DNA of 63,653 bases, counting the filler, from Octopus bimaculoides (lineage: Eukaryota), in NCBI RefSeq assembly GCF_001194135.2. It is 5 parts of 5 records of this genome, joined end to end, with 100 filler letters (N's around TTAATTAATTAA, not from the genome) between each part and the next. Parts side by side here need not be neighbours in the genome. Positions count along the whole stretch, not along the records: positions 28,951 to 47,132 come from NC_068995.1; positions 47,233 to 54,268 come from NC_068985.1; 3 more parts are not named here. One strand, given 5' to 3'. The position numbers and the translations under genes are program-made. Under the pieces are notes generated by a model. It was given only the letters and a program-made list of their open reading frames with translations. It was not told the DNA's origin and did not search any database. Shown piece by piece: positions 41,534 to 52,979 of the stretch (position 1 is its first letter; every line of letters begins with the position of its first letter).

Positions 41534-41790
41534 TTATTTCATTCCACGAATCAAGTACCCACTGGCATACAGTAGTCCTAGGGAGCAGCACGCATACGGT
41601 TGATACGCATGCGTATTATCGGCCGAGATAAACGAATGTTCACTAGATACCATCCATTCATTCCATTTGTTGTGCATAATTTTCTTAAAAGATTTCAGAC
41701 AAACGTCATTCGTTTTCTTTGCCACATTTTGAGCGGGTTGTGATTGCATGACCAGTATCTGTTTGCTGGCAAGCCATTTGTAATTAGAGA
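41534..41790 (-). mobile_element. Pogo/Tigger DDE_1 transposase remnant
   Basis: DVCLKSFKKIMHNKWNEWMVSSEHSF..ADN matches the pogo QPLDVCLNKPFK...KWNEWM..GEHSFT..GN motif. Confidence 0.7.
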
Positions 41791-42764
41791 GAAAATTGTT
41801 CAGAAAAATAGAGAGGCATAACTGCTAACGTCTGTTGTTTATTTTAATGGTTCTTTAATTGGCATTACGATAAACTATTAGCAAAAGAAGAAAATATTTG
41901 TTGTAACTTATCAAAATAGCGATGCTAGTTATCTCGGTTTGAAATTAAGAAATTAAGCCAGTCTGCTTAGTTTTCTTTAATGATTTATTAATTTGATAAT
42001 GGTTTCAAATTTTGACAAAAGGCCTGCAATTTCAGGGTAAAGTGCAAGTCGATTATATCAACCCCAGTGCTCTACTGCTACTTATCTTATCGACCCTGAA
42101 GGGATGAAAGACAAATTCGGCATCAGCGGATTTTAACTCGGATTTTAACGGCCGAAATGCCGCTAAGCATTTTTGCTCGGCGTGCTAACGGTCCTGTCAG
42201 CTTAGTGGCCTTAATTCGTAATTTAATAATAACTTTGATATTGCTTCAATTCAACAATAGTTCCTCCTACATTTGGGTTTTACATGCAAAGACCGCCACA
42301 TCATGTCATCGAAATTTTTGGTTTTCTCCAAGACTATTCGATGCTGTAAATAATCAATAGAACCTTAAAGATAAACTTGTAAACCAGACCTATGATTACA
42401 GGAACGAATTGAAATATTTAACTGAATCATCATAAAATTAACTTCCATTTCAATTCAATGTTGGATTCAGCTTCAATGTTTTANNNNNNNNNNNNNNNNN
42501 NNNNNNNNNNNNNNNNNNNNNNNNNNNNNNNNNNNNNNNNNNNNNNNNNNNNNNNNNNNNNNNNNNNNNNNNNNNNNNNNNNNNNNNNNNNNNNNNNNNN
42601 NNNNNNNNNNNNNNNNNNNNNNNNNNNNNNNNNNNNNNNNNNNNNNNNNNNNNNNNNNNNNNNNNNNNNNNNNNNNNNNNNNNNNNNNNNNNNNNNNNNN
42701 NNNNNNNNNNNNNNNNNNNNNNNNNNNNNNNNNNNNNNNNNNNNNNNNNATATATATATATATA

Positions 42765-43270
42765 TACAAAGTCTGATCAATAAGTACCCGGACTGTTGAC
42801 ATAGTAACGAAGCTAAAGCACGCAGAGCAAAACCTTTTGGTAGAGATTAACCGTCAACTCTGCTTTGCATGCGCTCTAAATTCTAGCTCACTTCTGCAGT
42901 TTACAGCAGTGCTTGGAAGGAAGGTGTGTGGCGTATGATCGTCGCATTGACCATGACAGAGAAAGTTGTCATAGCGATACCTGCTCAGAGGCTTACGCAA
43001 AGTTGCAGAATGTGTATGGAGAGGAGTGTATGAGCCGCACACAAATGTACAAGTAGTTCAGACGTTTCCAAGGTGGCCAAAAAATGTCGATATTGTCGAA
43101 CCAGCAACCAGCAGAACTGAGAAAAACATCGTAGACGTGAATGCAGTTTTGAGAGGAAATCGTCGAATCACCATCTGTGAATTATCAGATGATGTGCAGG
43201 TTAGTTACAGTTCAGTTCAGTCCATTATCACTGAAGATTAGGGTATGAGATGATTGTCTGCCAACTTTCT
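42765..43270 (+). mobile_element. Mariner 5' end with TIR and HTH remnant
   Basis: Begins TA|CAAAGTCTGATCAATAAG after (TA)n. Encodes ...VNAVLRGNRRITICELSDDVQVSYSSVQSIITED*GMR, a mariner second-HTH region. Confidence 0.75.
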
Positions 43271-44764
43271 GCGAAAACTGCTTTTTGCATTTGTTATAGA
43301 AGTTTAATTGAAAGTGGAGTACTTGGAATGTTGCATAAATGATAATTCAAATAAGGGCAGGAGAATCCTTAAAATGAGATTACAGGGACAGCCCTTAGTT
43401 AGACCTTATATGCATTCACACGCACATACTTACACAGCCACACACCCATAAAAATTATGGGAGCTATATTTCGTAAGATATTGGATCTGCATATGGAAAG
43501 TTTGACTCAAAGGAGCATGTCTGAGAAAGGTTTTTAAAAAAGACCATAAATTGCTGTGTATGAAAGTTTCTTCACTTCCTGTCACCGATGTTTCTCGAGT
43601 GAAATGCAAAGGGCAATACCACTTGGCACTAGTGTCGCCACCTGTTTAACTAATTTTTGAGAGGACGCCTGTGTAAAGACGTTCTGCCTACTAGAAATAG
43701 CATGTTTCTCTTCCTCAAATCACACTCCACATTTTTAAGTTAAAAAAAAAACTAGACAATGTAATTTTAGACAAGCATATTGGTCGACAGAATGGTCGAG
43801 AGTGGAACGTTTAAGCTGAGGTATGAAGGCTCCTGAGGTCAAACAGCACCACTAAACAGTTTAAATAAATAAGAACTGGTACTCTCAACGTGATATGGCT
43901 ATAAGTTTAATGAACAAGGAAAGCTGTATGTGGTCGCTAGATCTATAAGAAAATGCATTGAAATCTCCCTGAAATCCTGCCTTATCATTTATCATCCATC
44001 GAAAGAGACACATTGCTCGAAAAAAGAAAGGGATGATCAAGGCGGAAATACTTTCGATCGTGGTCGGCCGACTCAGATCTGATGTATGACTGCACAGATG
44101 GTTCGATCAAACCTTACGTAAGATTGGCAAATAAGTAAAAGTGATCACGTTCAGACTGAATTCACACTCGCTACGTCCGTTGTGATCACCACCATAATCT
44201 ACAGATATACAGTTAAACCAACAAATGTTTTCCTTTTCAGTCGCTCTACTAGCTAGAAACAGTAGCCAAATTCCCTCATAATAGAGAAAGGACACTCAAT
44301 TGATTAACATGAAGTCACTTTCCGCCAAACATCAGCCTCCCCCTGACAGAAGGGCTCTCTCCTTTCTCAACTTTTTCTACTGTTCCTATGATGGCTACTC
44401 TATAATTAATCTCGTAACCGCCTCCACACAAGCATTCTCGATTTACTTGTCTCTCCACCTCACATCATCCATATAATCTCCCAGCCTCTATGCCTTGCAT
44501 AGTCTACTATATCCTATACTTCCTCATCAAAATATCGACCCTCTGAAATTTCTCTCCCTCTTTCCAGGAATCACCAATTTACAACAGTTTAAGAGGAACG
44601 ATAGCAGGATTAGACCAAAATGATAACAATAATAAATTGGATAATATAATCCAAGGAAGACCAACGCTGAAAAATATAAAGATGGAATGCGCATGGGTGG
44701 AAACCCTCGAATCATAGGTCTGTTCGCTCATAACAAGAGACAAGCAAACGAAGTAACCTTTACA

Positions 44765-44940
44765 CAGTTATTCACTTTGCTAGAAATAACAACTAGGTTA
44801 TCGCAAAATCCTACTGTGTTGCGAAAAAGGACACATAAGATAATATAATCCTAGATATGCAAAGAGATGGAATGATCACGGTTGGAACCTCTTTGCTCAT
44901 ACGTATGGTCGATCAAGAATGGCCAGGACTAAACAGTAAC
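44765..44940 (+). repeat. Old interspersed repeat family C (GCTAGAAATAGCAGCCAAAT motif), decayed copy
   Basis: The same motif and downstream sequence recur at 1695, 3097, 3547 (-), 15180, 29315 (-), 30055 (-), 36490, 43685, 43930 and 44245. Confidence 0.6.
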
Positions 44941-46071
44941 ATACAAAAATTAGACTGTAACCAGATGACTTGTGGATTGCAACTCCAGTCGACTTCCTGC
45001 CTGTTATAGAGCGTCTCAACAACGACTAACCTCAGCCAACGCAACACTAAAAGCAACAACTGCCACTGGTATTTCCAATGAGTAGCAATTATGTTTTTTA
45101 GAAGCTTTAGTATTTTGATGATGAAATAAAAACAGATTTCATGGTTTTAGGTTGAGACGTGGCAGTGAACCCTTGACTAAATTTCACAGAAGTAAACCTT
45201 TATGCAACCATCTTTAATTATTGATATGATAGTCATTATTTATCTCACGTATGCAATCAAATTAGTTAATAAAATCAAGAAATCCTAGAAAGGTCTAATT
45301 AGTAAAATCACATAGAATAACAAAAAGAAGAAAAAGAAGGCAATAAGAGAAATTAGTGAGGATTTAAAGTTAAGTCCGAAAATTCCTTATATACTTGCAG
45401 TTGTAAGAAAAAAACAAAAAACGAATGAGAAAAACGAGAATAACAAGCGTCCAATTTAGCTTCATAAGATAAAAATACTAAAAACATTGTAAATCTTCCC
45501 GTAATTGAATACAAAATGAAATAGCAGGAATATTTTATCGGTGTTGCTTGTTCAATAAACGTGATTCAAATAGGAAAGATATTATTAACTGTGTTAATAT
45601 AGAGAGATGGTCAAAGAAATTCACTTAACATTTCCTTGATAAGTGCATATATGCAATAAATAGAGCGAGAGAAGGTACTCGCTACATGAGGTCTGTATGT
45701 CGAGAAGAAAAGGGGAAAAAATACATTAAAATTGGTTTTAATAAAACTTTACATATCTTTGGAATTCACTTCCTTCGTTCTAAATAATATATTTAATTCG
45801 ATATTTTGTTTTTATTTCAGTAATATATATTTAACCAAAACAGAGATGGAACTATTAAGTTCTCTTATTTGTGCAGCTGAGTGCATATGTTGGTAGGAGG
45901 ATCAGATGAGAAGGTCAGTGAGAGTGACAGGAGAAAGAACATTTTTGTTTCTTTATCGATTTGCTTTTGTTTTTGTAATTTTCTTTTCGGTTTTTTCATA
46001 GGCTTTTATCCCCAGACCAAAGATTGAAACACTGGCAATAGAAGACCAAATTAAAGTGAAGGAGATAGATG

Positions 46072-46110
<39 letters not shown>

Positions 46111-46440
46111 GGATAGATAGATAGATATGCATGTATGTGTGTGTATACATACATATACTTATATGTATGTATGTATGTATGTATACATATACTTACATAT
46201 ATATGTATGCATAGATAGATATATATATNNNNNNNNNNNNNNNNNNNNNNNNNNNNNNNNNNNNNNNNNNNNNNNNNNNNNNNNNNNNNNNNNNNNNNNN
46301 NNNNNNNNNNNNNNNNNNNNNNNNNNNNNNNNNNNNNNNNNNNNNNNNNNNNNNNNNNNNNNNNNNNNNNNNNNNNNNNNNNNNNNNNNNNNNNNNNNNN
46401 NNNNNNNNNNNNNNNNNNNNNNNNNNNNNNNNNNNNNNNN

Positions 46441-46517
<77 letters not shown>

Positions 46518-47099
46518 GATAAGGGAGAGTTAACATTGAGTAAATATAATTTGTACATATTCAAATGGATTCTGTAAAGTAAATTTTATGCCCAAATTTA
46601 AGAGTTCCAAAGGCGATAGTTCTCGCATACTCTTCACTATTGAATAGAACCCATTAGATTATCAATGTATTGTTGTGTATATTCCCATTTACACCACGTC
46701 TACAATGATTATCTTATCTTTGTGGCGATTTCCTTCGAAAGTCTTTGGCGTCTTCAACAACTTTAATGGAAGTTTTAATCGATACCTGAAGAGATCACTA
46801 ACCAATATAATTCTGACAATGTTTCAGATACGTAACTACCCATGCATCTCCATGTATGTATATTTCTTGCATCGCTCTCTCTTTCTCTCCTTCTCTCTCT
46901 CCCTCCCTCTCTCTCTCTCTATCTCTCTCTCTCTCTCTCTCTTTCTCTCTTTCCCTTTCTGTATCTCTTTTTCAGTATATATGTAAGTGTGTGTGTGTGG
47001 CTGCGTGTGCGATATGTGTAATTGAGGGCGTTTCCGTTCGTAACAAGGAGGTTATGAATAATCTATAATAGTGTACTCAACATTAAGCAGAGAGTTTGA

Positions 47100-47132
<33 letters not shown>

Positions 47133-47232
47133 NNNNNNNNNNNNNNNNNNNNNNNNNNNNNNNNNNNNNNNNNNNNTTAATTAATTAANNNNNNNNNNNN
47201 NNNNNNNNNNNNNNNNNNNNNNNNNNNNNNNN
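47133..47232. other. Artificial scaffold-join linker
   Basis: 44 N + TTAATTAATTAA (47177-47188) + 44 N. Confidence 0.95.
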
Positions 47233-48184
47233 TATATATATATAGTTAGGTTAAATCTCAGCTGTTTCCTGTTGAAGCACATCTGCTTATTCCATTATTA
47301 CAATCAATATATATCCATAGTTGCTGCTGTGTGTTAGCCAAAATGTATATTAAAATTGAAAATTATGGAAATATAATTTGCAGAATTGTTGTATAAGATG
47401 AGAGGAAATTTGAAATTTTTTGGTACTATTTATTATCTATTACATGAATTTCATTTGCTGATAGGAATTACAAAGATTTACATGTTAAATAGACATCTAA
47501 GGAATATCCTATTTGAAATTCAACAGATAGAGAAAGTTTTTTTCTTATAATAAAAGAACTTGCTTTATTATAGAAAACTTACTCTGCTTGACAAATTTCA
47601 AATAGAAAATTCTTTACATGTCTATCTAACATGTAAGTCTTTGAAAATCCTTATTAGCAAATGAAACCTGTATAATGGTGAATAGATAATACCAAAAATT
47701 TCCACCTTCCTGTTTTGATATATACATACACACACACACACACATTCATACAAGCTCACACGTATACATGCACAAAATGTCTTTTCCTTCCTGCTTGGTT
47801 TTCCTCTCTGTTCAACTTGTCACTTTTCTCTTTCTACTCTCAATATTTCCTCTTTACTCTGTGAAACTCCTATTCATCTTTGTTTTCCCCATCACTATCC
47901 CCCCCTTTCCACACTGCACCTTATCATTCTATCTACTGAACTACTACCTGCAGCCAAAGTGATTTGTTTTCTCATTTAGAATTACAAACTTTGTAGTTTG
48001 AGATTGTGGTTTGTGGTCATACTGGGGCATTGCTGTCAATGTGGCTACAGTCTATTTTTGTGTAGTTGGTTTTTGGTGAATGATGGAGTTTGATATGGTT
48101 GTCTTCAACTGTATTTTTTTCACTTTGATATGAATTCATCTGTGTCTGTAATCTTTGACACACAAATAGGATATGGCAAAACCT

Positions 48185-48400
48185 CATATATTCTTTTACT
48201 TGTTTCAGTCATTTGACTGTGGCCATGATGGAGCACTGCCTTTAGTCGAACAAATCAACCCCAGGACTTATTCTTTGTGAGCCTAGTACTTATTCTATCA
48301 GTCTCTTTTGCCAAACTGCTAAGGTACAGGAGCATAAACACACCAACATCAGCTGTCAAGCAATGGTGGGGCGACAAACACAAACACACAAATATATAAA
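48185..48400 (-). mobile_element. SINE family A 3' half, CpG-decayed
   Basis: Reverse-complement match to 39300-39485, with most CpG changed to TpG/CpA. Confidence 0.85.
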
Positions 48401-48412
48401 TATATATATATA

Positions 48413-49280
48413 GGTGGGCAAAGTTCAGAGAGCTCTTACCTCTGTTGGTGACAAAGGGCCTCTTGCTCAGAGTAAAAGGAAGACTGTATGACGCATGTGT
48501 ACGAACAGCCATGCTACATGGCAGTGAAACATGGGCCGTGACTGTTGAGGACATGTGTAAGCGCGCAAGGAATGATGCCAGTATGCTCCGATGGATGTGT
48601 CTTGTCAGAGTGCATACTCAACAGAGTGTAAGTACCTTGAGAGAAAAGTTGAACCTAAGAAGCATCAGTTGTGGTGTGCAAGAGAGACGATTGCGCTGGT
48701 ATGGTCATGTGGTGAGAATGGATGAGGATAGCTGTGTGAAAAAGTGCCACACCCTAGAAGTTGAGGGAACCTGTGGAAGAGGTAGGCCCAGGAAGACCTG
48801 GGATGAGGTGGTGAAGCATGACCTTTGAACATTAGGCCTCACCGAGGCAATGACTACTGACCGAGACCTTTGGAAATGTGCTGTGCTTGAGAAGACCTGG
48901 CAAGCCAAGTGAGACCATAATCCGAGGCCTCTGTCAGGGGTGTAGCTAGTCCACTTATGTGTACCTTTCCTTCATTGGACACTAAACTCTGCTTGCAAAG
49001 ACCTGTTGAGGCAAGTGAAATCGAAATCGAACCAAATTTGACGACTGGCACCCATGCCAACCTTCTTTCATTGGACAGTAAACTCTGCTTGCGAAGACCT
49101 GTTGGGGCAAGTGAAATTGAAATTGAACCAAATTCGATGACTGGCAGCTGTCATGACAGCACATGGCTGTTGTACATAAATGTCATTCATTTCCAAAGTT
49201 CTGTGAAAATGTGTCAGACCCATGGAAAAGTGGATGTTAAAATGACTATGATGATAGGCAGTGGATGCTTGTCATTACAA
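48413..49280 (+). mobile_element. RTE-clade LINE, 5'-truncated 3' part
   Basis: WAKFRELLPLL...KGRLYDACVRTAMLHGSETW...RRLRWYGHVVRM...GRGRPRKTW are RTE C-terminal motifs. The 3' UTR follows and contains a ~97-bp tandem duplication. Confidence 0.9.
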
Positions 49281-49839
49281 TGAAAAAAAAAAATGATAAT
49301 TTAAACACAGAACAAAACAATTGAATACAACATGAAAAAACACAAGCATAGATATATTCTTTTATTCATTTCAGCTATGCAGCTGTGGCCATGCTAGAGC
49401 ACAGCTGTTGTCTGACTGTCAAAATGTGTAAATATGTTGACATTTACTCCATGTAAATCATGTTTTTCGCTCAGATATTGAAAAGTTTTGCTCTATCCCC
49501 TACACTCGTCTTTGTATACATCAGTGGCATACTTGCTGTTGTCTTGAACAACGCTTACTTCAACGTATCAATTTACTCTGCATAACAAAACATTGTCGAA
49601 AGTGAAGCGGTGTTCTTTGATGACAATATTAGTGATAAAATATTCACTTTAAAATTTGACAGAATGTTTTAAGAATCAATAGATACATTATACGTTGGTT
49701 TATTGCATGCTCTTGTTGCATCCCATAAATTAGTAGTTTCCTTTCTAATATCTTTTTCATTATCAGTCATCTCCCTCTCTCTCACACACATTCTCATTCC
49801 CCTCCTTTTCAATCGATATTTTATAATTATAAAGATATC

Positions 49840-50085
49840 CATTATTTACATTCGACGGATATTTGTCCTCATCTTGTTTGTTGTTAACACAACGTTTCGG
49901 CTGATATACCCTCCAGCCTTCCTCAGGTGTCTTGGGGGAAATTTCGAACCTGGGTTCTCATTCCTAAGGTATTTTTCAATGTTATTATTATTATTATTAT
50001 TATTATTCAGGTCACTGCTTGGAATCGAACTCGGAATCTTGGGGTTAGTAGCCCCACTCTTAACCACTACGCCACCTGCCCACGG
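49840..50085 (-). mobile_element. tRNA-headed short element (SINE-like) with hammerhead ribozyme and PLE-like tail
   Basis: On the minus strand: A box TGGCGTAGTGG (50074-50064), B box GAGTTCGATTCC (50032-50021), a (TAA)n spacer, a hammerhead motif at 49931-49886, and tail AACAAACAAGATGAGGACAAATATCCGTCGAATGTAAATAATG. A second copy lies at 13325-13530. Confidence 0.8.
49886..49931 (-). ncRNA. Minimal type I hammerhead ribozyme motif (intact core)
   Basis: GACAC-CTGAGGA-A-GGCTG(GAGGGTATAT)CAGCC-GAAA-C-GTT-GTGTT. Stem I is GACAC/GTGTT, the core is CUGANGA, stem II is a perfect 5 bp, then GAAA, a palindromic AACGTT stem III and a GUH cleavage triplet. Activity is untested. Confidence 0.75.
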
Positions 50086-51168
50086 GCATATGGCGTAGTG
50101 GTTAAGATGAGGACAAATATCCGTCGAATGTAAATAATGTACATAATTCCTCATCTCTTAAATATAGAACTGAAAGATGTTCATATTCAAATTTGCATAT
50201 GTATTTCGCTTATGCTAATATGATATCAGGCAAATAACATTAAATTATTTTCACCACGATCATTTAATTTACTTTATCTTTTAAATTTCCAATTACATTC
50301 AACCATGGAGTAGTTATCTCCCTTCCGTAATTAGTTTTGTCGGTGCTGCAGAGAAGTGATGTTATTTTAGTACATCGTATTTAGCTCACAATAATTAACA
50401 CACGTTGGGGATATGATCATAGATTACAGACTGACTTCAACAACAAACTATGAAAAACCAGGTACAAAGGTTGCACAAGAAGACTGAATAACAAAATAAA
50501 TAAAATAAAGATAATTGTTTTCTTAACTTGCAAGTATCTTTAGTGTGAGCTTATTATGAAGTTATATTTTGATAAAAGTTGCTTTTAGCCTATATTTCGT
50601 TTTGTCAGTTTGCTTTCTGTGACCATAACTACAATCTGGTTCTGACTTCAGGTTGGTTACTCCATTTCAACTGCGAGTGATGAAAAAAAAAAAAAAAAAA
50701 ACCTTAAAAGTTTAATCCTGAAAAGTGTTATTGGAATAAGTTTTTCTGAAATAAAATATTCACACAGTTTGGATTTGTGTTGGGATGTTGCAGAGGAAAG
50801 GTGCTTTCTATCCATTTGGTTTTGGGTTCAGTCCCACCATGCAGCACCTTGGGCTAGTGTCTTCTCTTATAACCCTGGGCCGACCACACACGCACGCATT
50901 ACTTTTTCATACTTTAGTTTACTGAGAAGTGAAAACCAGATGTAAGTTGAGAACTCATACAATAGTGAAAGCTATAAAACATAGTTTAGGTTTTTACTTA
51001 TAAATCTTGATATTTTTCTTTTCTGGTTTAAAAAGAAAAAAGTTCATTAAGTTAATGAAATGCCATATCATCAGTATTCAGAAAATATTAATGAAATATT
51101 ACAACTTGAGTATTTAAAAAAAAACCTTTTAATATAGAATGGGGTATATTTAATTCTTAAAATTTATT

Positions 51169-51806
51169 TTAACTCTTGTTACCAAATTTATATTGAAATG
51201 CACTACATTTGTTTCAATTCACTTTGAAAATAATGAAGAATTTAGTAAAATAACTTTGTAGCATGAATGAAATTCCTCTCCTCTCTATTATATATACATA
51301 CATACGAACGTAGTAAATAACAGCTAGCCTTTGGCAGCATTTTGGACCCTGTTGTGTCCACTACTCTGATTGGTTGGTATTGGCGCAATCTGTCTCTTGC
51401 TCTATCGCGCGCCAATATGCAACCCAACCAATCATAGCCTTCAAATAAGGTCACGTGTGACAGTCTGTTTTCTACCTCAGCTGAGCCCACAACTCCTTAT
51501 AAAAAAACCTAACTTTTCCTCGTCTCTAGGTCATTCGGTTCTAAACCTTTTAAGGTCTAGCCACTGACCACACAAGACACTGCCAGTTCCAGCGACAACA
51601 CAACAGCAGCCATGTGGAGACTCATCAACTTCGTCCAACAGCATTCAGCGACCTCCATCTCCTTCGCCACCATTCGTCCTAATGTCAACATCTCTCTTCA
51701 TACACATGCATAAATGCACTCTTGTCTATAAAACCCTGCCACCTCCAGTGCTGAGATCACTAGATCATGTGATTTCGACCTTCCTTGATCTTGTCAAAAG
51801 GGTTAA
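51169..51806. mobile_element. TTAA-flanked (piggyBac-like termini) non-autonomous element with an internal LTR/promoter-like insert
   Basis: Left end TTAACTCTTGTTACC and right end GTCAAAAGGGTTAA are imperfect TIRs. The internal 51257-51760 segment has a different, CpG-richer composition. Confidence 0.4.
51367..51506 (+). promoter_or_regulatory. Promoter-like cassette: four CCAAT boxes in a palindrome, CACGTG E-box, TATAAAA
   Basis: ATTGG at 51369 and 51379, CCAAT at 51412 and 51428, CACGTG at 51452-51457, TATAAAA at 51498. Function is inferred; possibly a solo-LTR U3. Confidence 0.45.
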
Positions 51807-52002
51807 TTCAGAAGAAGGGTACTTGATATCATATAATCAGAAATGGTGCTAAAATGGTAAATGTCAAGCCAAAGTAACACTTAATAAAAAGTAGAAATTT
51901 AAAATCAATTTTTTGTATAGCTTTTGGAATCATTATTCTTTCTTTGTCATTTATTTGCAGTTGGAATGTGTTTTTCTTATTTTTCTTTTTGTTTTAATCC
52001 AG

Positions 52003-52127
52003 AGTCTGATGTTAGCCATTTGTCTGGTGTGAAGCATGTGATACTCATTCTATCGGGCAAAGGTGGTGTCGGTAAGAGTACCGTTGCTGTTCAGCTTTCA
52101 CTTGGACTACTAAAAGCTGGAAAAAAG
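52003..52127 (+). CDS. NUBP2: Coding exon of cytosolic Fe-S cluster assembly factor NUBP2/CFD1 (Mrp/NBP35 P-loop NTPase), with deviant Walker A
   Basis: A pyrimidine tract and CCAG acceptor end at 52002, and the donor is AAG|GTAATC at 52128. Translation: (E)[50 protein letters not shown] and the AGKK end match NUBP2 as I recall it. The 5' boundary is less certain than the 3' one. Confidence 0.9.
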
Positions 52128-52554
52128 GTAATCTATTGTATGAACCAAATACATATTTTGATATAAGCCCAGGTATTGCTCTGTGTCTTATGAAGTTTAT
52201 TTGACGACCATGTGGTTTCAGATTTGATCCAACTCTGTGGATGTCGGGCAAGTGTCTTATGCAATAGCCCAGGGTTGACTTATGATTTCTGAATGAAATT
52301 GGAAGATGGAAACTTACAGAAGCTTGTCACAAGCATGCAAACACACACACACACACACACACACATACACACCATCCCCCTCCTCCTCCTCCTCATCATC
52401 ATCTGTCCAAATTCCATGCTGGCATGGGTATATAATATGTGTGTGTCTGTGTGTAATTTCTTCTTTATATTCAGTTGTAGGCACAGACATAGCTGTGTGG
52501 TAAAGAATTCAATTTCCCAACCACTTGGTTTCAGATTCAGTCAAGCTACTACAA

Positions 52555-52790
52555 CAAGCAAAAGAAAACAAAAATTGGTTTCAAATTATGGCACAAAGCC
52601 AGCAATTTTGGGGGAGGAGTTAAGTCGATTACATCGACCCCAGTTCTCAGCTGCTACTTATTTTATTAATCCTGAAAGGGCTGAAAGGCAAAGTCAATCC
52701 CGGTGGAATTTGAACTCAGAACATATAAATGGATAAAATGCTACTAAGCATTTTGCCCAGATTGTTAATGATTCTGCCAGCTCACCACCT
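52555..52790 (-). mobile_element. SINE family B, tail type 1, strongly CpG-decayed (NUBP2 intron)
   Basis: Co-linear with 58420-58556, but most CpG are changed to TpG/CpA. Confidence 0.85.
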
Positions 52791-52890
52791 TAAAAATAAT
52801 ACAGATATTATTTTCTACTTAACGAACTATTTGTTTGACATATGTGTTGCTTATTCAAAAAAAAAAAAAATGTTTTATTTATTTTTATAG

Positions 52891-52979
52891 GTTGGTCTTT
52901 TGGATGTTGATCTTTGTGGTCCTAGTATCCCCAAAATGCTAAACCTTGATGGTAAAGATGTCCACAACTGTCCTGAAGG
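52891..52979 (+). CDS. NUBP2: Next coding exon of NUBP2/CFD1
   Basis: Acceptor TTTTTATAG at 52890 and donor GG|GTAAGT at 52980. It joins the previous exon in phase 0 and reads [40 protein letters not shown] is NUBP2-type; NUBP1 has DIDICGPSIP. Confidence 0.93.

Noticed and set aside
46007-46080. Plus-strand exon-like AFIPRPKIETLAIEDQIKVK after TTTTCATAG
   Set aside because: No convincing donor; it runs into (GATA)n and is too short to support.
47948-48145. Minus-strand candidate exon of a divergent gene (ATGAATTCATAT... to CAG|GTAG)
   Set aside because: Stops in all three frames, a weak acceptor and no recognisable peptide.
50014-50085. Genuine tRNA gene
   Set aside because: A and B boxes are present, but no complete acceptor stem or T-tract terminator is evident, and it continues into a dispersed repeat body.
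51924-52979. NUBP1/NBP35 or NUBPL assignment
   Set aside because: [10 protein letters not shown] and the AGKK|VG junction fit NUBP2, and no N-terminal four-Cys ferredoxin-like motif is seen.
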